NCBI GenBank assembly: GCA_964016885.1 | Contig: OZ024756.1 | Coordinates: forward strand, 12,524,001 to 12,588,000 | DNA length: 64,000 nt | Source of the DNA: Eledone cirrhosa | Taxonomy: Eukaryota | Direction of reading: 5' to 3' | Part shown: one piece after another, positions 1 through 14,801 of the stretch | Layout of the letters: each line of letters begins with the position of its first letter | Position numbering within the stretch: the stretch's first letter is position 1 | The notes under the pieces: generated by a model | What the model was told of the DNA's origin: nothing | What the model saw: the letters and a program-made list of their open reading frames with translations, nothing else | Databases searched by the model: none | Made by a program: the position numbers and the translations under genes

Positions 1-1338
1 ACATTACTCTATATATACTATTGTATTTTCACAGTAAAGGCTTTACTTCATATATCTCACATACCATTTACATTACTCTATATTTACTACTGTATTTTCA
101 CAGTAAAGGCTTTACATCACATATCTCACATAACATTTACATTACTCTATATATACTATTGTATTTTCACAGTAAAGGCTTTACCTCACATAATATCTCA
201 CATAACATTTACATTACTCTATATATACTATTGTATTTTCACAGTAAAGGCTTTACCTCACATAATATCTCACATAACATTTACATTACTCTATATATAC
301 TATTGTATTTTCACAGTAAAGGCTTTACCTCACATAATATCTCACATAACATTTACATTACTCTATATATACTATTGTATTTCCACAGTAAAGGCTTTAC
401 CTCACATAATATCTCACATAACATTTACATTATTTTATATATACTATTGTATTTTCACAGTAAAGGCTTTACCTCACATAACATTTACATTACTCTATAT
501 ATACTATTGTATTTTCACAGTAAAGGCTTTACCTCACATAACATTTACATTACTCTATATTTACTATTGTATTTCCACAGTAAAGGCTTTACCTCACATA
601 ATATCTCACATAACATTTACATTATTTTATATATACTATTGTATTTTCACAGTAAAGGCTTTACCTCACATAACATTTATATTACTCTATATATACTATT
701 GTATTTTCACAGTAAAGGCTTTACCTCACATAACATTTACATTACTCTATATATACTATTGTATTTTCACAGTAAAGGCTTTACCTCAAATAACATTTAC
801 ATTACTCTATATATACTATTGTATTTTCACAATAAAGGCTTTACATCACATATCTCACATAACATTTACATTACTCTATATATACTATTGTATTTTCACA
901 GTAAAGGCTTTACCTCACATAACATTTACATTACTCTATATATACTATTGTATTTTCACAGTAAAGGCTTTACCTCACATAACATTTACATTACTCTATA
1001 TATACTATTGTATTTTCACAATAAAGGCTTTACATCACATATCTCACATAACATTTACATTACTCTATATATACTATTGTATTTTCACAGTAAAGGCTTT
1101 ACCTCACATAATATTTCACATAACATTTACATTACTCTACTATATATACTATTGTATTTTCACAGTAAACACTTTATTTCACATAATCATCTCACGAAAT
1201 ATTGAATTTGAGATTTTGATATTTATTTTGAGAACAATACCTTACCATCAGTATGAGCGGCCAGTTTCATCCGGTTTGAACAGAAAGAGGTGAGAGAATT
1301 CTCGCTGGATATGGCCCGTTGAAATGCTAAAGGGTTAA
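1..1338. mobile_element. piggyBac-like MITE with internally expanded 60/71-bp minisatellite (1-1205)
   Basis: Tandem acatttacattactctatatatactattgtattttcacagtaaaggctttacctcacata(atatctcacata), followed by the MITE body ending aaatgctaaagggTTAA. Confidence 0.8.
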
Positions 1339-1419
1339 TGAACCAATCAAATGTGAAGTGAACATTGTAGTAATTATTAGCTTCTTATCTGATGTCTGAG
1401 AGCAATTAAAATGGTTGTG

Positions 1420-1839
1420 TTAACCCATTAGTATTTAAACTAACTGTATCCAGTCAAAATTTTCTCACCTCCTTCTGTTCAAACTGGCTGCCCATACTGA
1501 TTTTGAGGTATTGTTCTCAAAATAAATAATATCAAGATCTCGTAGATTTGATATTATGTGAGATAATTATTTGAGGTAAACCCTTTACCACAAAAATATA
1601 ATTGATTCTACTTTTGGCACAAGGCCAGCAATTATCCCAGTGTATTACTGGTACTTTATTTTATCGACCCCGCAAGGATGAAAGGCAAAGTTAACCTCTG
1701 CGGAATTTGAACTCAGACCGTAAAGGGCCGTAACTCTATGCTGCAAAGCACGGTGTCCGACCCTCTACCAATACTTCCTATCCACCGCCCTCAAAAATAT
1801 AATGGTAAATATAGAGCAGTCTAAATGCTAAAGGGTTAA
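1420..1839. mobile_element. piggyBac-like MITE with a SINE inserted (about 1610-1790)
   Basis: TTAAcccattagtattta ... taaatgctaaagggTTAA. Confidence 0.7.
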
Positions 1840-2185
1840 TGAACCAGTCAAATATGAAGTGAATACTGTAGTAATTATTCGTTGGTTGTCTGATGACTGA
1901 AAGCCATGGCTGTCCTAATGCTAATTATTCTTGCAGCTAGATTCCATTATTTAGAAATAAAGGGATGCCAAAAATCATCCAACAATACTTTTGTTGGCAG
2001 TGTGATACAAGTTCATCCTCTTAATACCAGTATAGTGGGTTAGATTTAATTATTGTTTATTGCTGCTGTTGTTATTGTTGTTGTTGTCTTTCATTGAGGT
2101 GTTTTAAATCTGGATTAAATTTGTTTCTTGGTTATGAGTTTCAGGTTTTTATTGATTAGATATGAAATATTTTGGGTGGATGGGT

Positions 2186-3150
2186 GGTTTTTGGTTGTGG
2201 TGGGGAGAGGGCATTGTTTTATGGTGGTAAACATTGGTTTTTGGTTGTGGTGGGGAGAGGGCATTGTTTTATGGTGGTAAACATTGTGTTTCTGGTTGTG
2301 GTGGGGGAGAGGGCATTGTTTTATGGTGGTAAACATTGTGTTTCTGGTTGTGGTGGGGGAGAGGGCATTGTTTTATGGTGGTAAACATTGTGTTTCTGGT
2401 TGTGGTGGGGGAGAGGGCATTGTTTTATGGTGGTAAACATTGGTTTTTGGTTGTGGTGGGGAGAGGGCATTGTTTTATGGTGGTAAACATTGTGTTTCTG
2501 GTTGTGGTGGGGGAGAGGGCATTGTTTTATGGTGGTAAACATTGGTTTTTGGTTGTGGTGGGGAGAGGGCATTGTTTTATGGTGGTAAACATTGTGTTTC
2601 TGGTTGTGGTGGGGGAGAGGGCATTGTTTTATGGTGGTAAACATTGGTTTTTGGTTGTGGTGGGGAGAGGACATTGTTCTATTGTGGTAAACATTGGTTT
2701 TTGGTTGTGGTGGGGAGAGGGCATTGTTTTATGGTGGTAAACATTGTGTTTCTGGTTGTGGTGGGGAGAGGACATTGTTCTATTGTGGTAAACATTGGTT
2801 TTTGGTTGTGGTGGGGAGAGGGCATTGTTTTATGGTGGTAAACATTGTGTTTCTGGTTGTGGTGGGGAGAGGACATTGTTTTATGGTGGTAAACATTGTG
2901 TTTCTGGTTGTGGTGGGGAGAGGACATTGTTTTATGGTGGTAAACATTGTGTTTCTGGTTGTGGTGGGGAGAGGACATTGTTTTATGGTGGTAAACATTG
3001 TGTTTCTGGTTGTGGTGGGGAGAGGACATTGTTTTATGGTGGTAAACATTGTGTTTCTGGTTGTGGTGGGGAGAGGACATTGTTTTATGGTGGTAAACAT
3101 TGTGTTTCTGGTTGTGGTGGGGAGAGGACATTGTTCTATTGTGGTAAACG
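2186..3150. repeat. Minisatellite, 50-52-bp unit
   Basis: Tandem ggttgtggtggggagagggcattgttttatggtggtaaacattgtgtttct. Confidence 0.95.
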
Positions 3151-3483
3151 TGTTTCTGGTATTCTGTGTGGTTGGTCTTGTTTTGGGTTTGTTGTGTATT
3201 CATTTAATGTTAGTGTGTTGCTGGGTGGGGTTGTGAGAAAAAATTTACTGTATATAGCTCTAAAATATTGAGCCAACCCCATTATTTTATGTTTGAGAAA
3301 TGGTCAAAAATCCAAACCTTATTTACATAGAATTTGAAGTTGATGAAAATTGTCAAAATATTGTCCTCGAATATAAGCTGACCCCTTTCTACCTTCAAGT
3401 TTTAGGTTAAATATTCCTCGGCTTATATTTGAGTATATATGGTACATAATATATATTTATATAGTATATGCTATATAGTGGAA

Positions 3484-3635
3484 GGTGGTGAAATGGCAAA
3501 GTTGTTAGAATGTTGGATAGAATGCTTTGTGTTATTTGTTTTGGTTTTCTGCTCTCTGAGTTCAAATCCCGCCACGGCCAACTTTGCCTTTCATCCTTTC
3601 GAAGTCGATAAAAATGTACCAGTTAAGTACTGGGG
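3484..3635 (+). mobile_element. tRNA-related SINE (resembles octopus-type SINEs); related copies at about 4010-4150, 14053-14130, 16643-16797, 53165-53313 (minus)
   Basis: A-box-like tggcaaagttg, B-box gagttcaaatccc, shared body actttgcctttcatcctttc..gtcgataaa. Confidence 0.7.
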
Positions 3636-4666
3636 AATATTCTTCTTCCATATCTCTTTCCCACTTCCATTATCTTTTCTTTCTCTATCCTTCCCTGGAA
3701 GAAAGCTGCTGTATTCAGGCCTGGAGAGGAGATGGGCTCTGCCAGGTTCAAAAATGTCCTAGCTATGCCATAGAACAATACAGTGCCCATACAATTCCGT
3801 CAGGAGTTACAGGATCATGCATACTATATAGTGGATAAAATAGAGGAAAATTGAGAATGGAGACAGTAAGGAAAAAAAATGAGCTGATGGTCAAATCAGA
3901 CCAAAGAACCACTGTTTCCAGTGGTCATTCAATCACTAGTACTACTTGTTGGACTCAACTCCTGGCAGAAGGAAGACGGATTTGGACTCAGAACACAGAG
4001 AACTAGATTGGTACTTAATTTTTATCGACCCCTAAGAATGTATGGAAGGCAAAATTGACCTTGGTGGGATTCAGATTCAGAGTACAAGGAATTGGAACAA
4101 ATGCCACAAAGCATTTACTACGATGCTCTAACAACTCTGCCAATTTGCCACCAACATGGGTGAACAGCTGCTAATGTCTTAATATCCTGGAATTATTTAG
4201 CAGAAAATATCTAAAAACAGGTTCGTTAATTCAAATGTTTATAGTAGCTTTACTGATGGACAGGTTGTTGTAAACATTTGGAGCGTTAGAGTAAAGACTA
4301 TTTAATGTAATGTAGTAATCATAGTGCTGTTTGGTGCTTTTCAAGATTGTACTTTCGTGTGGTTTGTTAATTCAAACTTTTATATTAGCTTTAGTAGTGA
4401 ACAGGTCATTGTGAGAAATTACAATGTGAAAATTTGCAGTGCTGGAGTAAAAACACGAATCTTTAATGTGATGCAGTCACAGTCTGTTTTGTACTTTTCA
4501 GGAATGTCTTGCTTATGTGGTTTCTTGTGGTACAGGACATTAAGAGTTAAACAGGAGAGAAGACAAGGAAAAAAGTAAGCAAAGAAAGATTGAAAAGTTA
4601 CAAAAGAGGAATGGTGTGTGTTGAAGAGATATAAATAATTGTTTGTTATTTTTTTCCAGCTGAGTT

Positions 4667-4843
4667 TCACACATGAACTCCATATATCTCTCTGTCTTTC
4701 TGGAATAAATACTGGCTGTTAACCCTCTTTTTCTTGTTCAAATCACTTGTAAATCGGGAAAAAACAAATTTCAGGCCTTTTCTCAGAATAATGAAAGAAC
4801 CACAATCCCTTTTCTGCACTTTGGACTTGGAGCCTCCAGTCGA
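4667..4843 (-). CDS. Candidate further exon (STGGSKSKVQKR...), boundaries uncertain
   Basis: Strong acceptor ttctttttgcag| at 4844-4846 and open in phase 0 to a stop at 4667. No clear donor and no recognised homology. Confidence 0.2.
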   Translation of the reverse strand, partial: STGGSKSKVQKRDCGSFIILRKGLKFVFSRFTSDLNKKKRVNSQYLFQKDREIYGVHV

Positions 4844-6641
4844 CTGCAAAAAGAATCGCAGTCTTAAATCAACAGACATTTTCAACAGACAATTTGTATA
4901 AGCAGCACAGTGAATCAGCATTAATAGTGAATTAACCCTTTTGTGACCGTATATCTAATTAAATACACTGTATTTTAATTAATTAATGAAGAATTTGGAG
5001 GGATTTATTAACATTTAAATCCTTTAGTAACCATATATCTAATTAAATACATTCTATTTCAATTAATTGATGAAGAATTTTGAAGGATTTATTTACACTT
5101 AAACCTGTCTGCAACCATATATCTAATTAAATACACTCTATTTCAATTAATTGATAAAGAGTTTGCTGGGATTTACTAAAATTTTAAATCTCTACATGAC
5201 CTTATATCTAATGAGATACACTGTATTAACACAATATTGTGTAGTAATTTAGCAGAAAATATCCCAAACGGATTTTTTTTTTAAATTCAAATGTTTATAG
5301 CATCTTTATTAAAGGACAAATAGAGAATAACTTGTATGCAAACATATATAAATTTACATACATGCACACACGTGAAAATTTGTAGCGTTTGAGTAAAGAC
5401 TATTTTCTGTGATACAGTCATGGTGTTGTTTTGTTTTATTACAGTAAAGACTTTAATATTTCATGACACAGTCACAGTGCTGTTTTATACTTTTCAAGAA
5501 TCTCTTGTTAATGCGGCTTGTTCTCTCAAATGTTTATAGTATCTTTACTTGTGGACATATTGTTGTGAAAATTTGCAGTATCAGAGTAAAGACTTTAATA
5601 TCTAATGTGATGCAGTGATATTGCTGTTTTGTAGTAAATGATCATAGTATTTTTACTACTGGACAGATTGTTGTGGAAATTTGCAGTATCAGAGTAAAGA
5701 CTTTAATATCTAATGTGATGCAGTGATATTGCTGTTAAGTACTTTTCACAAATGTCATGCTAATGTAGTTTCATACAGTTAATGTGATGTTAAGAGTAAA
5801 AGAAGAATTTGGAGGAATTTACTAATATTTATATCTTTCAAGATCATATTTCAATGAGGGTTCAATCAGACCTGAGAACTGATTAACATGTTGACTGCCA
5901 TATTTTACACAGCTACAGTTGCTGTGCCCATTTTTTTTTGTCAGTAAAATGATTATTTTGACTGACAAATGTCACATCAATAAATTAGAAACCCCATCTA
6001 GCTTTGAAGTTATGAACTGTTGGAAACGAGTTCATAACTTTGAAGTTATGAACTGTTGGAAACGAGTTCATAACTTTGAAGTTATGAACTGTTGGAAACA
6101 AGCTCAAACATGTTAGGATGAGTTATCTCGTCCATGTCACTGGAATGTATCATGTTAGGATGGCACTGACGAGGTTAAAGGTGTTTATCATTATTTCAAT
6201 TTACAGGGAAATTTGTATTTTCTTACATGTCTACATGTTAGATATGTGTATATTAGTATGAGCAGCTTGTTACAGCTGGTTTGAACAGAAAGAGGTGAGA
6301 GAATTCTGGCCGGATATGGCCGGTTTCAATGCTAAAGGGTTAAATGTGAAGGTTGACTGAAAAATTTGTAGGCTGACCAAGATACTCTCATGGAATGACC
6401 AAATGAGATATATTTTTCAACATAGTCCTTGGAAGGAAACAATGTAAGTATTAAGAAGAAAAGTTGAAATTAATGTATGCAAGATTTCACAGCATTAGCA
6501 TCACTCCTTCATAGTCAGACATATAATGGAGGGGTTTGTTTCATAGAACCAAATTTGGTTTCGGGTGGGTTGATATCAAAAGGGTTAATAAGAACAAAGA
6601 AGAAAGCCTGAAAACATAATATAGAGAAAATTATGTGATAG

Positions 6642-8550
6642 AAGGCTGGAGACTGTTGGAGTCTGTAGAGTAATGTGGAAGGATGGAGACTGTAGAGTAA
6701 TGTGATGGAGGGTAGGAGACTTGGAGTCTGTAGAGTAATGTGATGGAAGGCTGGAGACTGTTGAGTCTGTAGAGTAATGTGGAAGGATGGAGACTGTAGA
6801 GTAATGTGATGGAAGGCTGGAGACTGTTGAGTCTGTAGAGTAATGTGATGGAAGGCTGGAGACTGTTGGAGTCTGTAGAGTAATGTGATGGAAGGCTGGA
6901 GACTGTTGGAGTCTGTAGAGTAATGTGATGGAAGGCTGGAGACTGTTGGAGTCTGTAGAGTAATGTGATGGAAGGCTGGAGACTGTTGGAGTCTGTAGAG
7001 TAATGTGGAAGGATGGAGACTGTTGGAGTCTGTAGAGTAATGTGATGGAAGGCTGGAGACTGTTGGAGTCTGTAGAGTAATGTGGAAGGATGGAGACTGT
7101 AGAGTAATGTGATGGAAGGCTGGAGACTGTTGGAGTCTGTAGAGTAATGTGGAAGGATGGAGACTGTAGAGTAATGTGATGGAAGGCTGGAGACTGTTGA
7201 GTCTGTAGAGTAATGTGATGGAAGGCTGGAGACTGTTGAGTCTGTAGAGTAATGTGATGGAAGGCTGGAGACTGTTGGAGTCTGTAGAGTAATGTGATGG
7301 AAGGCTGGAGACTGTAGAGTCTGTAGAGTAATGTGATGGAAGACAGGAGACTGTTGGAGTCTGTAGAGTAATGTGATGGAAGGCTGGAGACTGTTGGAGT
7401 CTGTAGAGTAATGTGATGGAAGGCTGGAGACTGTTGAGTCTGTAGAGTAATGTGATGGAAGGCTGGAGACTGTTGGAGTCTGTAGAGTAATGTGATGGAA
7501 GGCTGGAGACTGTTGGAGTCTGTAGAGTAATGTGATGGAAGGCTGGAGACTGTTGGAGTCTGTAGAGTAATGTGATGGAAGGCTGGAGACTGTAGAGTCT
7601 GTAGAGTAATGTGATGGAAGACAGGAGACTGTTGGAGTCTGTAGAGTAATGTGGAAGGATGGAGACTGTTGGAGTCTGTAGAGTAATGTGATGGAAGGCT
7701 GGAGACTGTTGAGTCTGTAGAGTAATGTGATGGAAGGCTGGAGACTGTTGGAGTCTGTAGAGTAATGTGATGGAAGGCTGGAGACTGTTGGAGTCTGTAG
7801 AGTAATGTGATGGAAGGCTGGAGACTGTTGGAGTCTGTAGAGTAATGTGATGGAAGGCTGGAGACTGTTGGAGTCTGTAGAGTAATGTGATGGAAGGCTG
7901 GAGACTGTTGAGTCTGTAGAGTAATGTGATGGAAGGCTGGAGACTGTTGGAGTCTGTAGAGTAATGTGATGGAAGGCTGGAGACTGTTGGAGTCTGTAGA
8001 GTAATGTGATGGAAGGCTGGAGACTGTTGGAGTCTGTAGAGTAATGTGATGGAAGGCTGGAGACTGTTGGAGTCTGTAGAGTAATGTGATGGAAGGCTGG
8101 AGACTGTTGAGTCTGTAGAGTAATGTGATGGAAGGCTGGAGACTGTTGGAGTCTGTAGAGTAATGTGATGGAAGGCTGGAGACTGTTGAGTCTGTAGAGT
8201 AATGTGATGGAAGGCTGGAGACTGTTGAGTCTGTAGAGTAATGTGATGGAAGGCTGGAGACTGTTGGAGTCTGTAGAGTAATGTGATGGAAGGCTGGAGA
8301 CTGTTGGAGTCTGTAGAGTAATGTGATGGAAGGCTGGAGACTGTTGGAGTCTGTAGAGTAATGTGATGGAAGGCTGGAGACTGTTGGAGTCTGTAGAGTA
8401 ATGTGATGGAAGGCTGGAGACTGTTGGAGTCTGTAGAGTAATGTGATGGAAGGCTGGAGACTGTTGGAGTCTGTAGAGTAATGTGATGGAAGGCTGGAGA
8501 CTGTTGAGTCTGTAGAGTAATGTGATGGAAGACAGGAGACTGTTGGAGTC
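6642..8550. repeat. Minisatellite, ~40-bp unit
   Basis: Tandem gtctgtagagtaatgtgatggaaggctggagactgttgga. Source of the spurious 671-aa ORF. Confidence 0.95.
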
Positions 8551-8580
8551 AGCTCTAATACTTGATAATCAAATAGAGGA

Positions 8581-11090
8581 ATCATCATCAACATCATCAT
8601 CGTTTAACGTCTATCTTCCACGCTAGCATGGGTTAGACGGGAATTGTCCCACTTGGTGCAAGATTGATCGGGTGACCGTGTCTCGTTCGTATAGGACTAT
8701 CTGGCAGGTTTTCTATGGCTGGATGCCCTTCCTAACACCAACCACAGTGTGGATTGGGAACTTTTTACTGTTACCTACACAACCACTTTACAGCGTGGAC
8801 TGTGTTTTTTTGTCGTGACACCTACACGACCTCATTAGTTTGGACTGGATGTTGTGGTACCAATATAACTTTACATAGAAAGGGTGGTGTTGGTGGGTGT
8901 GGAATGATGGAGTAGGGGTAGTGGTTTGGGGTGTATATTTGGTTAAGAGGTGCGTACAGACTGTAGGTTTCGCTTTGTACTTAGGCAAGGCAAGTCTTCT
9001 CTATTTCTGTGTGGCGCTAAAGATCTCGGTCCAGTGACATTAGAGAGGTGTAAGTGTCCAAGTTCGGAATTTATCAAGTCGTCTCAGGTTTTTCTGGGTC
9101 TACCTACTCCATAACTTCCATCAATTTTGATCGCCCTGCACTTTTTTATACAGCTGTCGTCTTTCATGCGCATCACGTGACCATACCAACGTAATCTTCT
9201 CTCAAGTAAACAGCATCTGATCCCTCTTATTCCTAATTTCTCACTTAGTTCGTTTGTTTTGCCATTCGTGTATATTACTATTACACAACCAATGGAGCAT
9301 GCATGCTTCATTCCTTTCCAATCTGCACAGGTCCTCTGCACACAATGCCCAGGTCTCACTGTCATGTAACATTGATGTTCGTATACAAGCATCATAGAAT
9401 CTGCCTTTCATTTTTAGAGAGAAACCTTTTGTGGCCAACAGCGGTATAAGCTCTCTGAACTTTTTCCATCCCGTTCTGACTCTGGCTACTGTACTTTCAG
9501 AGCACCCTCCACCACTGCTGATTTTTGTCACCCAGGTAACGGAAAGTGTCTACTATTTCTATAGAACCATCTGGGCAATAGAAGGAGCTAGTATCCTGTG
9601 GACACTTGCTACTTATTGCACCTGAGCATTGGCCATATATAAAATCTACATTCTTAGATAGCTTACCTGTGATCCCACAACATCATTTATGTACCCATAG
9701 TTTGCATTTGGGACATAAATTGGAATTTCTACCCATTCCTTTCCTACACACTCACCATGGCCATTTCCCAGAGGGAATCTGTGCCCTATTTTCCTTTCTA
9801 CATACTAGAACTTTAGTCTTAGACAAGTTAACTTTAAGGCCTTTTGATTCTAGGCCATGCTTCCATGTTTGGAATTTCTCCTCTAGTTCAGCCATAGATT
9901 CAGCTATGAGAGTTAGATCATCTACATATAGAAGTTCCCAAGGGCAGCCAGTCTTAAACTTTTCTGTTATAGCCTGTAGGATAATAAACAAGAGGGGGCT
10001 AAGGACAGATCGTTGATAAACACCTACTTTCACACTAAATTCTTCACTATATTCATTGTTAATTCTAACCTTGCTGACTGTTTCTTTATACATGGCTTGT
10101 ATAGCTCTCACAAGCCATTCATCTACTCCGAGTTTTCTAAGCGCCCACCAGATAATGGAGCGGGGGACTCTGTCAAAGGCTTTCTCCAAGTCAACAAAAG
10201 CTAAGTAGAGGGGTTTACTTTTAGCTAGGTACTTCTCCTGTAGTCGCCGTACAAGGAAAAGAGCATCCATGGTGCTTTTACCTGGCACAAACCCAAACTG
10301 CATTTCGTCTAGATCAAATCGGTCTCTAATTAGTTGTGCAATAACTCTTTCTGTGACCTTCATGACCTGGTCAACTAACTTAAGGCCTCTATAGTTTCCT
10401 CTATCTAGAGCATCTGCTTTGCCTATTTTTTGGTTTACTATCCGGGTGTCCATAGTATGTCCCACCATTTCAGATGCTTTCAACATCTCAGCAACTATCT
10501 CTGAAGGCCCAGCTGCCTTGCCTGTCTTCATATCTTTGATTGCCTTACTTACTACACTACCATTAACTTACACAGCTGGTCCCTCTATTGGATCAATTTG
10601 GAGTAGACTATCTTTTTCCCATTTATTCTCCTCATTTAGTAGTCTCTTGTAGTGATACTTCCAGGCTACCTTCTTATCTGTATCAGTGAGGGCAAGTACA
10701 CCATCATCACTACAGACACACTTCTCCCTGACATTATCACGGTTTTCCTTGACTCATTGTCTTGCAATCCTGAACACCTCACATTTTTAGTCCTCGCGTT
10801 GTAGAACATGCTTGAACTGTCTATCCTCTGTTTCCCTTCTTGCAAAGTACACTTGTCTCCTAGCTTCTCTCCTGGCCACTTGATAGTGCTCTCTACATCC
10901 CCCATCCTGCCATACTTTCCAAGCCTGCCTTTTGGCCTTGATTGACTCCTCCACCTTACTGTTCCACCACCAAGTTACTCTCCTCCTGCCTATAGGTCTG
11001 CTCCAGCCACAGATTTCATCTGTCGCCTTCAGCAGGTTAACTTTCAAGAATTCCCACTGTTCCTCTATATTGTACGTCTCTAATTGCTCT
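8581..11090 (-). mobile_element. RTE-clade LINE, degenerate, 5'-truncated
   Basis: RT motifs [28 protein letters not shown] with frameshifts and stops; 3' UTR ending in a (GAT)n tail. Confidence 0.92.
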
Positions 11091-12284
11091 TCCCTACGGT
11101 CAAAAGCATCAGTAGGTGTAAAAGCCAAACTCGCCATCTTCAATTCAGTTTTCATGCCAACCCTTACCTATGGTAAATGAATCTTGGGTAATGACTTAAA
11201 AAATACTATCACGAATATAAGCGGCCAAAATAGGATTTCTCCAAGGAGTTTTTGGAGTAACATTACTTAACATGGTGTGTAATGTTCAGGGAGTCACTCC
11301 CCATGAGCTATAGTATCATATATGTTGTAATCATCATGTCACCAACAGTAAAGAGATTGTCATGCCCTTGACATAATTACCCAGTACATGCTATAAAGTG
11401 GTTGGTGATAGGAAGGGCATCCAGCCATAGAAATCTTACCAAATAAAGGGTTGGAAGGAGCCTCATTTGTGTCAAAGGCATGACAAAATCTCCTGAGCAC
11501 TCGATGGAACATGTGACTGTACATAAGTGAGACTTCCCTGGCCTGCCTGGGAGATCAGTGGCTCCGCATCAGTATGGACTTGGTCTCTATGAACCTGTCC
11601 AACCCTTACTGGCAGGGTAAGCGGACCTTAAAACGACAATGATGATATATATATATATATATATCATCATCATCGTTTAATATACACACACACACACACA
11701 TATATATATGTTAGCGTGGAAGATGGACGTTAAACGATGATGATGATGATGATGATGATGATGAGATATATATAATGTATATATAAATACATATACACAT
11801 GTATATATACATACATATACACATATATCTACATACATATACACATACATATGTGTGTGTGTGTGTATGTAAGTATGTATGTATGTGTTTGTATGCATGT
11901 GTCTATGAGTGTGTGTATGTGTATACGTATGTATATGTATGTGTGTATGAGTGTGTGTACGTATGTATATGTAAGTATGTGTATAAAGATAGTGTGATCA
12001 AAATCTTCAAACAGTGAAAATGAAATATATCAACAAATAAACAATACAAAAAAGTGAGAGAGAGAGAGAGAGAGAGTGTGTGAGAGAGAGAGAGAGTGAG
12101 AGAGAGAGCAGAGGAAGTGAAGCTAAAGGTGACCAACACCAGTGGCCTGTGACCAAAGGTCAAGCAATATTCTCTTTCTTACAATATTTCTCATAAAACA
12201 CTCAGTCGGATGATTTTCAATAATTTTGAAAATAATCAAGAATTAATAATCAAGTAATATATAATAACTAATCCTTTCATTATC

Positions 12285-12665
12285 AAGCTTGTGTTTGGAA
12301 CGTAACTTAACAAGGGTTCTTACATAAAAACAATGATGGTGTTTGGAACATAACTTAAAGGTTGTTACATAAAAACAATCATGGCATTTGGAACATAACT
12401 TAACAAAGGTTGTTACTTAAAAACAATGATGGTGTTTGGAACATAACTCAACAAAGGTTGTTACATAAAAGCAATCATGGCATTTGGAACACAACTTAAC
12501 AAAGGTTGTTACTTAAAAACAATGATGGTGTTTGGAACATAACTTAACAAAGTTTGTTACTTAAAAACAATGATGGTGTTTGGAACATAACTCAACAAAG
12601 GTTGTTACATAAAAACAATGATGGCATTTGGAACATAAACCAACAAAGGTTGTTACTTAAAATAA
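12285..12665. repeat. Minisatellite, 48-bp unit
   Basis: Tandem ggtgtttggaacataacttaacaaaggttgttacttaaaaacaatgat. Confidence 0.85.
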
Positions 12666-12916
12666 CAATGGGAGATTTCTAACAGAATATAAACAATTTA
12701 AAATAAACAACTTTGTATGATAAAATGGGAGTAGTTTCAGACAGAGCCAAAAAGGTTAAAGTAATTATATAGGGAGTTATTCTGGAGTTATTCTTGCACC
12801 ATCAAAAGGTCCAGCCCATTGTTCTTTTCCTCTCTTTGAAATTGGTTCTTAGAATTTCTAACATCAATTACATCAAAAGCTTAATCAAAGATGAGATACA
12901 AATATAAATGAGAAAA

Positions 12917-13312
12917 CATCATCATCATCATCACTGTTTTACGTCCGTTCTTCCACGCTAACATAGGGTTAGACGGGTTGTCCTGTTGTGGGCAGTGTCC
13001 GGTCGGCTGACCTTGTCTTGCTCATACAGGAACTGATTCTGGCTTGATTTCTACAGCTGGATGTCCTTCTTAATACCAACCTCATTTACAGTGAGTGCTG
13101 GGTGCTTTTTTGCCGTGGCACCTCCACGACCACTTTACAGTGGAATGATAGGGACTCCAGTCCCTATCATCTCATTTCTACAGCTGAGTAAACTGGAGCA
13201 ATGTGAAATAAAGTGTCTTGCTCAAAGAAACAACACATCACCTGGTCTGAGAATTGAACTCACAACCTTTCGATTGCAAGCCCAATGCTCTAACCACTAA
13301 GCCATGCGCCTT
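12917..13312 (-). mobile_element. tRNA-headed SINE with RTE-derived 3' tail
   Basis: Reverse complement of the 21327 family. Confidence 0.8.
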
Positions 13313-14209
13313 CATACTGTTTCGTTATTTGTACTTGTATCTCATACTCAACAACGCTTCAAGTAAGCTACCACACCTTATTAATCGAAGATATATAATT
13401 TCATTCCTACTACCATTTATTTGCTGAAGAATGAGATGATACATTAAAATAAAGGAAAGCAACTGATCATCAGCCTGAACTAAGGAACCAGTGTTTCCAC
13501 TGAACTTCCACTGCTGATACTATCTATCTATCACAACTCATTCCCTTCTTTAGATATCACTTTAGAAGGAAAATCAGAGTGGAGAGAGAGGCACTGCACC
13601 CCAGTAAATTTACTGAAAGGTGGGTGAATGTGGCAAAAATGGCCCGAGTGATTGGGCCTTCTCTGTATATAAACCTGTAGGTTGAAGAAGAGAGCAAAAG
13701 GAAGAAAGGAGCACTTGCACAACATGCTCCTGAAGTTGAGGGTTGTTCTATCGACGGGGTATTAAACAACCCATTTGTAAAGCCTCCCCGCTATTGGGGA
13801 TTTCGATTGTTATAATTGTTTGTTTCATATTTTGACACGATTGTATGTAAAATTCCCGGCATCTCTTTGTTTTGTCCCCTTTTCTTGTGCGCCCTTGTGG
13901 CTAATAAAGAAATATATCTATCTGTCACAACTCCTGGTAGAAGGAGATGTGATTTGAAACCAGAATATACAGAGCCTGAGAAGATACTTCAGAGCACCAT
14001 ATCCAACTCTTTAACAATCCTTCTAATTCTCCACCCCAGCTGGACTGCTACTTTATTTATTGACCCCAGAAAGGATGAAAGGCAAAATTAACCTTGGCTG
14101 GATTTGAACCCAACATGCACAAAGATCTGAAATGTTGAAGTATTTAATTTGATGCCCCCAAAATTCTGTGGTGGTGAATGGCCTAGAGGTTAGAGTGTTG
14201 AGTTTACAG

Positions 14210-14548
14210 TCATAATACAGAGTACCCGACCTCCCATGGGTACAAGCTGAAGCATATAGACAATATACCCCCACACCCCCCACCACAAGGTGGTCGTGGA
14301 TGTGCCACGGCAAAAAAGCACCCAGCCCACACTGTAAAGTGGACGTGTAGGCGCCACGAAAAAGCACTCAGCACTCACTGTAAATGAGGTTGGTGTTAGG
14401 AAGGGCATCCAGCTGTAGAGATCAAGCCAAATCAGTTCCTGTATGAACAAGGCATGGTCAGCCGACCAGACACTACCCACAACAGGACAACCCATCTAAC
14501 CCATGCTAGCGTGGAAGAACGGACGTAAAACGGTAATGATGATGATGA
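14210..14548 (+). mobile_element. RTE 3' end/UTR fragment
   Basis: Matches the 3' end of the RTE at 47563-47900 in opposite orientation; (GAT)n tail. Confidence 0.75.
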
Positions 14549-14801
14549 ATATCATGGGTTCAATTATTGGGCTGCAGTTGTGTTGTGTTCTTGAGCAAAA
14601 CACTTCAGCACACTGAGCTAAAAATGATTGTTGGAAGTAGTCGTGAGTTAACCCTGCGATAGACTGGCAACCTGTCCAAGAGGAAGTCTTGTAGTTTCAG
14701 TCATTTAAAGCTGATGAAACCAAGATACAAGATAAGAATCAGCCTGATGAACTTCCGGGCTTGGGACAGGACAGACTTTAGCGTTAACTTTTCTTTGACA
14801 C

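Noticed and set aside
21-8600. Long ORFs of 394 aa, 671 aa and others
   Set aside because: Translations of minisatellites; no splice or homology support.
14740-14780. CTGATGA..hairpin motif in SINE tails (also about 29678, 29798, 35500)
   Set aside because: The GAAA core is absent or mutated in all copies; it looks like a SINE 3' stem-loop rather than a hammerhead.
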